Part shown: positions 27,395 through 37,577 of the stretch, piece by piece
Numbering within the stretch: position 1 is the stretch's first letter
Layout: every line of letters begins with the position of its first letter
DNA from: an uncultured Candidatus Saccharibacteria bacterium
Lineage (GTDB): Bacteria > Patescibacteriota > Saccharimonadia > Saccharimonadales > CAIOMD01
DNA: 64,000 nucleotides
Direction of reading: 5' to 3'
NCBI GenBank assembly: GCA_903859365.1
Contig: CAIOMD010000011.1
Span: 17,467-81,466 of the forward strand
Notes under the pieces: model-generated
Databases searched by the model: none
What the model saw: only the letters and a program-made list of their open reading frames with translations
What the model was told of the DNA's origin: nothing
Position numbers and translations under genes: made by a program

Positions 27395-28693
27395 ATGAGT
27401 ATTGTAAAACGGGTAATTAAAACAGCTTTGCCAGCTTCAAAAAAAAGAGAATTTGAACAGGCCTACAGACTAAAAAAAGCCCTTTTTGCCACGAGAGTTT
27501 TTCGATCTCCCGCTTCAGGAATGCGAGTTATTGGCATTACTGGCACAAATGGCAAAACAACAACCTGTTCTTTTGTGAATGAAATTATTAAAAGTACCGG
27601 AAAGAGAACGGCGCTTTATACCACTGCCTACATCGAAATAGCTGGGAAAAAGATCCCAAACCGTAGCCATATGACCGTAGCCAGCGCTTGGTCTGTCCAG
27701 AAATTTTTTGCCGACGCGAAGCGAAAAAAAGTAGAATGGGTAATTCTTGAAATTACTTCGCACGCTCTTGACCAGTATCGAATTAATGGCGTACCACTTG
27801 AAATAGTAGCAATCACAAATTTGACTCAAGATCATTTAGATTATCACGGCACTATGGAGCAGTATGCCAATGCCAAGGCACGAATTATTACTGACTTCTC
27901 TCCCAAGGCAGTGGTGCTTAATGCAGACGATGAATGGTTTGGATTCTTTGCCAAAAAAGTTAAAAATAAACTTATTACAATTGGTGAGGGAAGTGCCAAT
28001 TATCAGATTAAAGATCTTAAGCTAAAAGCCTCTGGGATGAGCTTGAACCTTATTAGCGCCAAGGGCACATTACACCTCGAATCAAAAGCTGTTGGTCACT
28101 TCAATGCATTCAATATTGCTATGGCAGCAACTATTTGCCAGTCTATGGGCTGTAAAAGGGAAGCGATTGAGGCTGCCGTAGCTAATCTTCCAATTGTTCC
28201 AGGTAGAATGGAGCCCATTGACATGGGGCAAGACTTCGCTGTTCTAGTAGATTACGCACATACGCCTGATGCACTTGAAAATGTGCTTAAAGCAGCTCGT
28301 ACTATTTCGAGTGCTAACGTACGAATCGTATTTGGCGCAACCGGAGATCGCGATACCACCAAAAGAACTCCCATGGGTGAAGTTGCCGCAGAGTATGCCG
28401 ATTTTATTTATTTAACCGACGACGAAACATACTCAGAAAATGGGGATACAATCAGGGAAGCCGTCAAAAAGGGAATAGCAGCAAAAGGCGGACTCGATAA
28501 ATGTACTGAAATCGCTGAGCGAAGAGATGCAATCAAACGGGCTTTTTTGGAATCTAAAAAAGGGGATGTAGTTATCCTTGCAGGGATTGGTCATCAGGAT
28601 TATCGAGCGATGGGAGCTACCAAACTTGCTTGGGACGAACGAAACGTAGCCCGAGATGTTCTTAACGAAATAATTGACGAAAGGAAATCATGA
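27395..28693 (+). CDS. murE: MurE-like UDP-MurNAc-tripeptide synthetase
   Basis: GITGTNGKTTT, EITSHAL, TNLTQDHLDYH, PGRME, VDYAHTPDAL, FGATGDRD. Confidence 0.9.
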   Translation: MSIVKRVIKTALPASKKREFEQAYRLKKALFATRVFRSPASGMRVIGITGTNGKTTTCSFVNEIIKSTGKRTALYTTAYIEIAGKKIPNRSHMTVASAWSVQKFFADAKRKKVEWVILEITSHALDQYRINGVPLEIVAITNLTQDHLDYHGTMEQYANAKARIITDFSPKAVVLNADDEWFGFFAKKVKNKLITIGEGSANYQIKDLKLKASGMSLNLISAKGTLHLESKAVGHFNAFNIAMAATICQSMGCKREAIEAAVANLPIVPGRMEPIDMGQDFAVLVDYAHTPDALENVLKAARTISSANVRIVFGATGDRDTTKRTPMGEVAAEYADFIYLTDDETYSENGDTIREAVKKGIAAKGGLDKCTEIAERRDAIKRAFLESKKGDVVILAGIGHQDYRAMGATKLAWDERNVARDVLNEIIDERKS

Positions 28694-29442
28694 AAAAATT
28701 AATAGCGTTTGACCTTGACGACACACTCGCTGTGACTAAGTCCCCAATCACTGATAGAATGGCAGAACTACTCGAGAAATTACTCGTTCACTATGATATT
28801 TGTGTAATCACTGGTGGATCCTTTGAACAAATCAAGAAACAGGTTGCTAGTCGTCTAGAGGTCGAAGACTTACTACTTAGAAAGTTGCATCTCATGCCAA
28901 CCTGCGGAACTCGATATTACCGTTTTAATGATTCAAAAAAAGAATGGGAACAACAATACGCAGAAGATTTATCTCCTGCTCAAAAGAAGAAAATTATAGA
29001 AACCCTTGAAGAAGCAGCCAAAACACTTGGACTTTGGCTTGAAAATCCTGCTGGAGAAATCATTGAAGACAGAGGTAGTCAAATTACGTATAGTGCGCTT
29101 GGCCAGCAGGCAACTCCAGAAGATAAGTATGCATGGGATCAGGATGGGACCAAAAAACATGCAATCAGAGATTATGCAGCAGAACGCCTTGATGACTTAG
29201 AAGTACGCGTAGGTGGAACGACTTCAGTTGACGTAACAACCATTGGCATAGATAAAGCCTACGGAATGAAGAAACTAATAGAAGCACTTGGTATTTCAAA
29301 AGAGGAAATACTTTTTATTGGCGACAAGCTTGAAGAGGGCGGGAATGATTATCCCGTGAAAGCATTTGGAATCGATACCATTGCCGTTGATGGCTGGCAG
29401 GATACAGCGTTGGCGCTCGAAGGAATTTTAGGCGTTTCTTAA
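28690..29442 (+). CDS. HAD-IIB phosphomannomutase-like enzyme
   Basis: FDLDDTL, ITGG, IEDRGSQIT, GGTTSVD, DKAY and FIGDKLEEGGNDY (eukaryotic-type PMM pattern). Confidence 0.82.
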   Translation: MKKLIAFDLDDTLAVTKSPITDRMAELLEKLLVHYDICVITGGSFEQIKKQVASRLEVEDLLLRKLHLMPTCGTRYYRFNDSKKEWEQQYAEDLSPAQKKKIIETLEEAAKTLGLWLENPAGEIIEDRGSQITYSALGQQATPEDKYAWDQDGTKKHAIRDYAAERLDDLEVRVGGTTSVDVTTIGIDKAYGMKKLIEALGISKEEILFIGDKLEEGGNDYPVKAFGIDTIAVDGWQDTALALEGILGVS

Positions 29443-29445
29443 GTC

Positions 29446-29474
29446 TTGACACTCAAGCGAGCAGTTTCTACTAT
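29446..29474 (+). promoter_or_regulatory. Sigma70 promoter of groES-groEL
   Basis: TTGACA-N17-TACTAT. Confidence 0.8.
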
Positions 29475-29484
29475 AGGAAGTAAA

Positions 29485-29511
29485 TTAGCACTCTAGCTAT
29501 CTAAGTGCTAA
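29485..29511 (+). promoter_or_regulatory. CIRCE element (HrcA operator)
   Basis: TTAGCACTC-N9-AAGTGCTAA, one mismatch from the consensus, located between the promoter and groES. Confidence 0.92.
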
Positions 29512-29538
29512 TTCTAAAATTAATAATGGAGGTTTGAG

Positions 29539-29805
29539 ATGGCATTAAATATACAACCACTGGCAGACAATGTTGTTGCCGAACAAGATGCTGCCGAAAT
29601 GAAAACGGCAAGTGGAATTTTTCTTTCAGCGCAAGCTGCTGAAAAACCTAAGACTGCAAAGGTGCTTGCCGTTGGAAGTAAAGTTACATCAGTTAAAAAG
29701 GGTGACCGTATTCTTTATAAGAGTTATAGCACCACAGATGTGCGACTTGATGGATCAGACTACATCCTTCTCAAAGAAGAAGATATTTTAGCAACAGTTA
29801 ACTAG
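29539..29805 (+). CDS. groES: Co-chaperonin GroES
   Basis: IQPLADNV, KTASGI, EKP, VLAVG, VKKGDRILY, EEDILA. Confidence 0.95.
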   Translation: MALNIQPLADNVVAEQDAAEMKTASGIFLSAQAAEKPKTAKVLAVGSKVTSVKKGDRILYKSYSTTDVRLDGSDYILLKEEDILATVN

Positions 29806-29823
29806 ATAAAACGAGGAACAACT

Positions 29824-31458
29824 ATGGCAAAAAAAGTTTTTTATGATGATGATGCTCGTCGACGCGTACTTGGTGGAGCAGAAATACTTTATAGTGCAGT
29901 AAAAACTACGATGGGTCCAAGGGGACGTAACGTTGTGGTCGGGAAGAGTTACGGTACTCCAAGCGTCACGCATGATGGTGTGACGGTTGCAAAAGCAGTA
30001 GAAATTCTAGATGTTGATGATGACACACTTGGTTATAAAGTGGGTGCTGAACTCATAAAACAAGCAGCTAACAAAATGAATGATGTAGCGGGAGATGGAA
30101 CAACTACTGTTACCGTTTTAACCTATCACTTGCTTAATGAGGCTAATAAACTCATCGCAGCAGGACATAATCCAATGCAGCTAAGGAAGGGACTTGAAGC
30201 AGCGACCGATCAAGCACTTGCTAAACTTGCTACCCTATCAGAGCCCATTGAAGGCAATAAGAAACGTGTTGCAGAAGTGGCGACCATTAGCGCCGGTGAT
30301 AGTGAAATTGGCAGCCTGATTGCTGAAGTGATTGAGAAGGTTGGAAAAGATGGCGTTGTAACCGTAGAGGAAGGACAGGGATTGAAGCTTGAAAGTGAAG
30401 TTGTTGAAGGTTTTACGATCGATAAAGGTTTTGTGAGTCCCTATTTTGTGACTGACCCAGCTCGCATGGAAGCGATTTATAGCAAACCGGCAATTGTGGT
30501 TACTGACAAAAAATTAAATTCAACCCAAGATTTTCTTCCGCTGCTGGAAAAACTTGCGCAAGCTGGCAAGAAAGATTTAGTACTTATTGCTGAAGATGTT
30601 GATGGTGAAGCGCTGACAACACTGGTTTTGAATAAACTCAAAGGGGTGTTCAATACGGTTGCAATCAAAGCGCCGGCCTTTGGTGATCGCCGCAAGGATA
30701 TTCTGCAAGATATTGCTATTTTGACTGGTGCTCAGATAATTAGTGGAGACCAAGGTGACGATTTCGACAGTGTTGATCTTTCATTTGTTGGCTCAGCTCG
30801 AAAAGTAATTGTCACGAATGATCAAACTACTATTATTGAGGGTAGCGGCAATCCGGTCGAAATTACTGCTCGAATAAAACAGATCAAAGCGCAATCTGAA
30901 TCTGCTAATTCGGATTACGAGAAAGAACATCTACAAAAGAGAAGAGCTGCTCTCGCAGGAAAGGTTGCTGTTATTAAAGTTGGGGGAGCAACTGAAACTG
31001 AAATTGAAGAAAAGAAATATCGAGTTGATGATGCCGTAGCTGCAGTTAAGGCAGCACTTAGTGAGGGAATAGTTCCTGGTGGCGGAGTGAGCCTTATAAA
31101 TATCGCAGATGCTATTACTATTAGTGGAGACGATACCCTCAAAGCAGGTGGTCAATTACTTAAAAATGCACTCGATCAACCATTTAGGATTCTACTTAGT
31201 AATGCTGGTCTCAACCCCGACGAATGGCTACCTAAAATTCGTTCAGGCAAAGCAGGCCACGGAGTTGACGTGAATGATGCAAGTCAACTTATCGATTTAA
31301 AAAAGGCTGGTATCATTGATCCTTCGCGTGTCACTAAAGAAGCACTTCAGAATGCAGCATCTATAGCGGGTACTGCTATGACAATGGGAGCACTCGTCGT
31401 TGATATTCCCGAAAAAACAACTTCCACGCCAGACATGAGTGGTATGGGAATGATGTAA
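29824..31458 (+). CDS. groEL: Chaperonin GroEL
   Basis: TMGPRGRNV, AGDGTTT, KAPAFGDRRK, GIVPGGG and an MGM tail. Confidence 0.98.
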   Translation: MAKKVFYDDDARRRVLGGAEILYSAVKTTMGPRGRNVVVGKSYGTPSVTHDGVTVAKAVEILDVDDDTLGYKVGAELIKQAANKMNDVAGDGTTTVTVLTYHLLNEANKLIAAGHNPMQLRKGLEAATDQALAKLATLSEPIEGNKKRVAEVATISAGDSEIGSLIAEVIEKVGKDGVVTVEEGQGLKLESEVVEGFTIDKGFVSPYFVTDPARMEAIYSKPAIVVTDKKLNSTQDFLPLLEKLAQAGKKDLVLIAEDVDGEALTTLVLNKLKGVFNTVAIKAPAFGDRRKDILQDIAILTGAQIISGDQGDDFDSVDLSFVGSARKVIVTNDQTTIIEGSGNPVEITARIKQIKAQSESANSDYEKEHLQKRRAALAGKVAVIKVGGATETEIEEKKYRVDDAVAAVKAALSEGIVPGGGVSLINIADAITISGDDTLKAGGQLLKNALDQPFRILLSNAGLNPDEWLPKIRSGKAGHGVDVNDASQLIDLKKAGIIDPSRVTKEALQNAASIAGTAMTMGALVVDIPEKTTSTPDMSGMGMM

Positions 31459-31470
31459 CAAAAAGTATTT

Positions 31471-31509
31471 AAACAAAAAAGGGACTCCTCGTGAGTCCCT
31501 TTTTTGTTT
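31471..31509. terminator. Bidirectional intrinsic terminator
   Basis: Perfect inverted repeat AAACAAAAAAGGGACTC-ctcgt-GAGTCCCTTTTTTGTTT between convergent genes. Confidence 0.9.
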
Positions 31510-31520
31510 AGCAAGTATAA

Positions 31521-32021
31521 TTATTTGTTTTGCATAAAATAGTTAATTTCATTAATCACATCTAAAAGTGCTTGTGCTCGTGTATTTTCATCCGTTATTT
31601 CGTGCGCCGTGTTGTATGCCATAGGAACGAGTGCTTGATCATCAGAAGCCTGAATCATCATCATAAGAGTCTTAAACTTTTCTTCTGGGGGCAGATTAAG
31701 CTGACCAACTAGCGGAGACAATTCTTTTAACGCTTCTTTTTTGATATCCAGCAAATCTTTGCCAACTCCTGGCGCTTCGGTAGAAGTTTCTGGGTTATCG
31801 AACATCGGTGTTCCATCATCTCCTATTGAAGGTGCGGCAAGCGATTCTGCGTCATCATTGACAACAGGCTGCGCGAATTGAGGGGGTGCTGGCATTGCGG
31901 GAGGTGGAGCTGCTGGCATAATCGTTTGCCCTACAGTGTTCCCGCTCGGCTGATTAGTTTGTGCTGGCATTATAGTGCCGGGTTGTTGAGCCACAGTTTG
32001 GCCCGTTGTTTGATCGAACAT
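31521..32021 (-). CDS. Hypothetical protein with Pro/Gln-rich N-terminus and helical C-domain
   Basis: 166-aa ORF with a G-rich SD upstream; ends at the shared terminator. Confidence 0.7.
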   Translation of the reverse strand: MFDQTTGQTVAQQPGTIMPAQTNQPSGNTVGQTIMPAAPPPAMPAPPQFAQPVVNDDAESLAAPSIGDDGTPMFDNPETSTEAPGVGKDLLDIKKEALKELSPLVGQLNLPPEEKFKTLMMMIQASDDQALVPMAYNTAHEITDENTRAQALLDVINEINYFMQNK

Positions 32022-32157
32022 GCCACCCCCATTACGATTTTTTATTGATTAATTCTACAATAACATAAGCTTATTAAATAAATAAAGCTTGATACGGCTT
32101 ATTTTGTTAAAATAGTAGTTACTAAAGATTAGTATTAATCATAAATAAAGGAGCCCT

Positions 32158-33186
32158 ATGCTAGATGATGTTGTAATGATTCATGAACGTGATGCTCAGG
32201 ATTCGCTTGGTATTGCTGAAAAACAGTGGCAGCAGCTTTTGGTAGACTTCGATATTGAAAAAATGAGTACTAAGCCTGCAAATATTGTATTTGCTGGCAT
32301 GGGCGGATCAGCGCTCGGGGCATTACTTGCTTCAACTTGGCCAGGTTTTGAAATTCCATTTGAAATTGTAAGAAACTATTCAATTCCTAACTATGTCAGT
32401 AGCGCAACCTTATTTGTTGCATCAAGCTATTCAGGAAATACAGAGGAAACGCTTTCCGCTCTTGAGCAGGCTGAAAAAACAGGCGCGCAGATAGTGGTTA
32501 TAGCTGGAGGTGGAAAACTAGTAGAGATCGCCCGTGAAAAAAAATATCCACTTGCAGTTTTACCCGCAGTGACGCAACCGCGATATGCTGTTTTGTATAG
32601 CTTCAGGGCATTCCTAAGCGTGCTTGTTGCTGCGCAACTACTCGATGAAGAGCAGATGAGAGCAGAGGTGCAAAAAGCGAGTGATTTTCTTAAGGCACAA
32701 ACAGGCCTCTGGGCACCAACTATCGAAACCGCCAAAAACCCGGCTAAGAAACTTGCGCTTGATCTCGTTGGCAAATCTATCGTCGTCTATGGGGGGCCAT
32801 TGACATACCCAGCCGCCTATAAGTGGAAGATAAGTTTTAACGAGAACGCAAAAAATATTGCCTGGGTAAATCAGTTTCCAGAATTCAACCATAATGAATT
32901 CCTCGGTTGGACTAGTCATCCTCTCGACAAACCGTATGCAGTTATTGATTTACGTTCATCATTTGAGCACCCACAAATACAAAAACGTTTTGAAGTAAGT
33001 GCAAAGTTACTCAGTGGTAAACGACCAGCACCTCACACTGTGCAAGCAGAAGGTGAATCGATGTTAGAGCAGCTACTATGGCTTGTAGCCATGGGGGATT
33101 TTGTCAGCCTTTACCTTGCCCTATTGAATGGCCTCAATCCAACACCCGTTGATTTAATTGAAAAATTCAAAAAAGAACTCATATAA
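32158..33186 (+). CDS. Bifunctional phosphoglucose/phosphomannose isomerase (SIS fold)
   Basis: GMGGSA, SSYSGNTEETL, QPRYA, FNENAK, FPEFNHNE, PTPVDLI. Confidence 0.92.
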   Translation: MLDDVVMIHERDAQDSLGIAEKQWQQLLVDFDIEKMSTKPANIVFAGMGGSALGALLASTWPGFEIPFEIVRNYSIPNYVSSATLFVASSYSGNTEETLSALEQAEKTGAQIVVIAGGGKLVEIAREKKYPLAVLPAVTQPRYAVLYSFRAFLSVLVAAQLLDEEQMRAEVQKASDFLKAQTGLWAPTIETAKNPAKKLALDLVGKSIVVYGGPLTYPAAYKWKISFNENAKNIAWVNQFPEFNHNEFLGWTSHPLDKPYAVIDLRSSFEHPQIQKRFEVSAKLLSGKRPAPHTVQAEGESMLEQLLWLVAMGDFVSLYLALLNGLNPTPVDLIEKFKKELI

Positions 33187-33235
33187 TTTTTATTTATTAG
33201 TCCAGCTTCGCTATACTTAGAACCAATTGGTATCT

Positions 33236-33325
33236 GGAGGGGTCGCCTAGTGGCCTATGGCGCTCGCTTGGAAAGCGGGTTGGGGCGTGAGTCCCTCGAG
33301 AGTTCGAATCTCTCTCCCTCCGCCA
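33236..33325 (+). tRNA. tRNA-Ser(GGA)
   Basis: GGAGGGG...CTCGC-TT-GGA-AA-GCGGG, long variable arm, GTTCGAATC, CCA. Confidence 0.93.
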
Positions 33326-33373
33326 ATTCCTCAATTTCGTTATAAACAGTTATAGATGATACAATTTTAAGAT

Positions 33374-35044
33374 ATGGACAATGTAGTTTCATCTCTTGAA
33401 AAAATACTAAAAGATACCTTTGAAGTTGATGAAAGGGTGTTTTTTTCTGTTCCAGATTTTGAGTTCGGTGATGCTACCACTAACTGCGCAATGCAATTAT
33501 CCAAAACACTAAAAAAAGCTCCTCGCGTTATTGCAGAAAAAATTGTGGAAACCCTAGAAGAGGAGAATCCGAGCTGGTTTTCGTCAGCCAAAGTTGAAGG
33601 ACCTGGTTTCATAAACATAGTATTCAAAGATAATTTTTTGTTTTCTTTTATAAATCATAAGCAGCAAGCTATTGCTGCAAGTGAATCTTATGTGCTGGAG
33701 TATTCATGTCCAAATGCCTTCAAGGAACTCCACGCCGGTCACCTCTATCAAACGGTAGCTGGTGACAGTATTGCTAAATTATTAGAATTTGTTGGCGCTA
33801 AAGTAGAGCGTACAAATTTTGGTGGTGATGTTGGGCTTCACGTTGCGAAAGCAATGTGGGGTATTCAAGAAGCATTACATAGTGAAATAAAACTCGATGC
33901 CATTGAGCCTCATCAGCGACCTAACTTTTTGTCTAAAGCGTATGTTTCGGGAGCGGCGGCTTATGAAGAAAATGAAACCGCAAAGAATGAAATAGAGATG
34001 ATTAATAAAAAAATCTATGCGCTACATGATAATAATGACCATGAATCAGCTTTTGCAATCACTTATTGGACGTGCCGTCAGTGGAGCTACGATTATTTTG
34101 ATGAATTTTATAAAAAAATTAAAGTTGCTCCATTTCGTTTTTATGCCGAGAGCGAGACAGCGCCAGTTGGCATGCAACTGATCGAAAAAGGAAAAAAACA
34201 AGGTATCTTTGTGGAATCAGAAGGCGCGATAGTCTATCACGGAGAGCAGCAAGGACTACATACTCGTGTTTTTGTCACCAAAACAGGGCTTCCAACCTAC
34301 GAAACAAAGGATTTAGGGGTTATTTATAAAGAATTTGAGGATTATCATTTTAGTAAGCGGATCTTAATTACTGGGCGTGATCAAACAGAATATATGCGGG
34401 TTGTTTTTGCCGCAGCCGAACAAGTTATGCCAGAAACGAAGAATAAGATGCTGCATATAACCAATGGCATTATCAAGTTTGCCAGTGGTGAGAAAATGAG
34501 CTCGCGACTTGGCAATGTAACAACTGCTAATGATGTTTTTGAAACGGTTTACGCAAATACACCATCGGAAAGCCCGGAGTCTACCAGAACTTCACTAGCG
34601 CTAAGTGCAATAAAATACAGCTTACTAAAACAGCGGCTAGGTTCCGACGTCGCTTTTGATATTGAAAATTCTGTAAGTCTGCTGGGTAATAGTGGCCCAT
34701 ACCTTCAGTACGCACTAGTACGTGCCTATAGTATTCTTGAAAAAGCACACTATACCGTAGCTGAAGATTTCGAAATTAGTTCGTTAGAATCTGGTGAGCG
34801 GCGACTCGTGCATCAGCTAGCAAAGTTTAGAGAAGTCATCTCTTCCGCAGCACTAACTTATGCGCCCCATGCTCTTTGTACCTATCTTTACGAAACAGCA
34901 ACTGCCTTCAATGTTTTTTACGAACAAAACCGAGTTATTGGTGATAATCGGAGTGCGGTTCGACTAAAAATAGTGTTTGAGTACATGAAAATACTAGAGA
35001 CAGGGCTCACATTACTCGGTATTGATACGATAACAAAAATGTAA
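33374..35044 (+). CDS. argS: Arginine-tRNA ligase
   Basis: FGDA, GPGFIN, EYSCPN, HAGH, KMSSR, GNSGPYLQYA. Confidence 0.95.
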   Translation: MDNVVSSLEKILKDTFEVDERVFFSVPDFEFGDATTNCAMQLSKTLKKAPRVIAEKIVETLEEENPSWFSSAKVEGPGFINIVFKDNFLFSFINHKQQAIAASESYVLEYSCPNAFKELHAGHLYQTVAGDSIAKLLEFVGAKVERTNFGGDVGLHVAKAMWGIQEALHSEIKLDAIEPHQRPNFLSKAYVSGAAAYEENETAKNEIEMINKKIYALHDNNDHESAFAITYWTCRQWSYDYFDEFYKKIKVAPFRFYAESETAPVGMQLIEKGKKQGIFVESEGAIVYHGEQQGLHTRVFVTKTGLPTYETKDLGVIYKEFEDYHFSKRILITGRDQTEYMRVVFAAAEQVMPETKNKMLHITNGIIKFASGEKMSSRLGNVTTANDVFETVYANTPSESPESTRTSLALSAIKYSLLKQRLGSDVAFDIENSVSLLGNSGPYLQYALVRAYSILEKAHYTVAEDFEISSLESGERRLVHQLAKFREVISSAALTYAPHALCTYLYETATAFNVFYEQNRVIGDNRSAVRLKIVFEYMKILETGLTLLGIDTITKM

Positions 35045-35066
35045 CTATGAATGTGATCGAAAAAAA

Positions 35067-36575
35067 ATGAAAACTATACCAAAAACAGCACTCATCCTTT
35101 TTCCTAACCAACTTTTCGACCCAGAGCATTTACCCGAGGCAGATATTGTTTATCTACTCGAAGAGCCATCTTTTTTTGGTATTTCACCCAATAGACCAAT
35201 TAAATTTCATAAACAAAAATTAGTAATGCACCGAGCAAGTATCCGCAGCTACAGGGATGAACTATCAAAAATAAACATTCCAGTAGAGCTAGTTGAATTA
35301 CCCGAACTACTTGACGTCACTTCGTTTATCGTTACGCTCGCCAACAAGGGAATGCAACACATTAAAATATTCGATGTGACTGACCATCGGCTGGAAGAAA
35401 GTATTTATGATGCCGTTCATTATGTTAAGAGTGATTCATTCGAAATTGAGACGGTGACTTCACCGGGTTTTATTTTAGATAAGCGTGAAGTATTCGCATA
35501 TTTTTCAAATAAAACATCCTACTCATTCCAGGATTTTTATTCCCTACAGCGCAAATCTCTTAATTTACTCATGGATAAACACAACAAACCAATTGGTGGC
35601 AGGTGGAGCTTTGATACAGAAAACAGAAAAAAGCTACCAAAAGGGGTGACTGTCCCAGCTGAGCCTGTACCGCTGACAAGTTCGTATGTCGAGGAAGCTA
35701 AAACCTGGGTAGAACATCACCACGCAGATAATCCTGGAGATATGGAGACATTTATGTGGCCAACAACCAGAGCAGAAGCCAAAATACTATTGCAAAACTT
35801 TTTAGAAGAACGTTTAGAAAATTTTGGACCTTATGAAGATGCAATTGAGCAGGATTCAGTTTTACTTTTTCACTCAGGCATTTCTGCTCCGTTGAATATT
35901 GGATTATTAAATCCGAGAGAAGTCATCGCTGCACTCAATGAGTTTACTCAAAAACATCAGACATCACTTGCGAGTACCGAAGCTTTCATTAGGCAAGTGG
36001 TGGGGTGGCGAGAATACGTGCGAGGTATATACGATTGTAGAGCAAAGGAACTTGTTGAAGGGAATAGGCTTGGCCACTACAGGAAAATGAACGAAGCGTG
36101 GTGGATAGGAACTACCGGCATCCCTCCCGTTGATATGGCAATAAAAAAAGCACAAAAATACGCATACACTCATCACATTGAGCGACTTATGATTCTGGGG
36201 AATGCTATGCTACTGAGCGAAATTGATCCTGCTGAAGTCAATAATTGGTTCATGGCTTTTTTTATCGATGCTTATGAATGGGTAATGCTACCTAATGTTT
36301 TTGGAATGAGCCAATACGCCAGTGGATCAATTATGACAACGAAACCATATATTGGCGGAAGCAATTATATACTTAAAATGAGTCATTTTGAAAAAGGGCC
36401 GTGGACTGAAACTATGGATGGATTGTATTGGCAGTTTGTTGATAAACATAAGCAATTACTCAGTACGAATCCTCGGACTAGTATGATGGTGAGCTTGCTA
36501 AAAAAAATGCCTATTCCAAGAAAAAATGCCCTCTTTTTAAAAGCAACTGCCTTCAAAAAACAAACTACAAAATAG
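35067..36575 (+). CDS. Cryptochrome/photolyase-family protein, bacterial (6-4)-photolyase-like (PhrB/CryB/DPRP class)
   Basis: FHKQKL, PIGGRWSFDTENRK, FGPYEDA, LFHS, RQVVGWREY, HHIERLM, DAYEWVMLPN, TKPY. Confidence 0.88.
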   Translation: MKTIPKTALILFPNQLFDPEHLPEADIVYLLEEPSFFGISPNRPIKFHKQKLVMHRASIRSYRDELSKINIPVELVELPELLDVTSFIVTLANKGMQHIKIFDVTDHRLEESIYDAVHYVKSDSFEIETVTSPGFILDKREVFAYFSNKTSYSFQDFYSLQRKSLNLLMDKHNKPIGGRWSFDTENRKKLPKGVTVPAEPVPLTSSYVEEAKTWVEHHHADNPGDMETFMWPTTRAEAKILLQNFLEERLENFGPYEDAIEQDSVLLFHSGISAPLNIGLLNPREVIAALNEFTQKHQTSLASTEAFIRQVVGWREYVRGIYDCRAKELVEGNRLGHYRKMNEAWWIGTTGIPPVDMAIKKAQKYAYTHHIERLMILGNAMLLSEIDPAEVNNWFMAFFIDAYEWVMLPNVFGMSQYASGSIMTTKPYIGGSNYILKMSHFEKGPWTETMDGLYWQFVDKHKQLLSTNPRTSMMVSLLKKMPIPRKNALFLKATAFKKQTTK

Positions 36576-36600
36576 GCGAGTATATAGATATAATAAAAAT

Positions 36601-37002
36601 ATGAAAAAAAATCCTGAAGAATGGAAGAAAATCCTTACCCCTGAGCAGTATGCAGTACTAATCGATAAAGAAACTGAAGTGCCATTTACTGGAGAGTATC
36701 TCTATAACGAAGAAGATGGTACGTATGATTGTGCCGCCTGCCACGCGCCACTTTTTGCGAGCGAGACAAAATTTGAAGCTCACTGTGGCTGGCCTTCATT
36801 TAATAATGTTATTAGCGATAAAGCAGTAATTCTAAAAGAAGATCGATCAGCTGGCATGCAACGAGTTGAAGTTGTATGTGGTAATTGCGGGGGGCACCTG
36901 GGACATGTATTTAATGACGCACCCGATCAACCAACGGGTGTACGATTTTGCATTAATTCTGCTGCACTAAATTTTGCTGCTGATAAAAAACGCACTACAT
37001 AA
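36601..37002 (+). CDS. msrB: Methionine-R-sulfoxide reductase
   Basis: TEVPFTG, CAAC, CGWPSF, CGNCGGHLGHVF, RFCINS. Confidence 0.96.
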   Translation: MKKNPEEWKKILTPEQYAVLIDKETEVPFTGEYLYNEEDGTYDCAACHAPLFASETKFEAHCGWPSFNNVISDKAVILKEDRSAGMQRVEVVCGNCGGHLGHVFNDAPDQPTGVRFCINSAALNFAADKKRTT

Positions 37003-37031
37003 ACACTTTTAAAGTGTATAATCTCTAAACA

Positions 37032-37577
37032 ATGAACAAAAAATCTGCATCTATGCCTGAAAAATTACTCTGGGTTGATCTTGAAATGACCGGACTCGAC
37101 CCGGCTAAGGATCGGATTTTGGAAGTTGCGGCCATTGTTACTGATTTTAATTTTAATGAGTTAGCCTTATTTGAGTCTATTGTTCACCAATCGAAAACAA
37201 TTATTGCTTCGAGCAACCAATGGTCATTGGATGCGCATACAAAAAGCGGCCTTCTCGATAAAATTGAGCACGCCCCAAGAGAAGAAGATGTTCGAAATGA
37301 ATTTGTCGCTTTCATTAAAGCAAACTTCAAAGAAGAGTCCGCAACCCTTGCCGGCAATAGTATTCATCAAGACCGTCGCTTTATCGACGCCTGGTGGCCC
37401 GATGTCGCTCAACTTTTGCACTACAGAATGGTCGATGTCAGCAGCTTTAAAATTATTATGCAAACTAAATACAGTAGAGTTTTTGCTAAGTCGGAGTCTC
37501 ATCGAGCGCTTGAAGACATTAGGGAATCAATTGCTGAGCTTAAATACTATCTTTATTTGGAAGAAAGAAAACGATGA
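37032..37577 (+). CDS. orn: Oligoribonuclease
   Basis: WVDLEMTGLD, HTKSGL, AGNSIHQDRRF, HYRMVDVSS, HRALEDIRES. Confidence 0.96.
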   Translation: MNKKSASMPEKLLWVDLEMTGLDPAKDRILEVAAIVTDFNFNELALFESIVHQSKTIIASSNQWSLDAHTKSGLLDKIEHAPREEDVRNEFVAFIKANFKEESATLAGNSIHQDRRFIDAWWPDVAQLLHYRMVDVSSFKIIMQTKYSRVFAKSESHRALEDIRESIAELKYYLYLEERKR

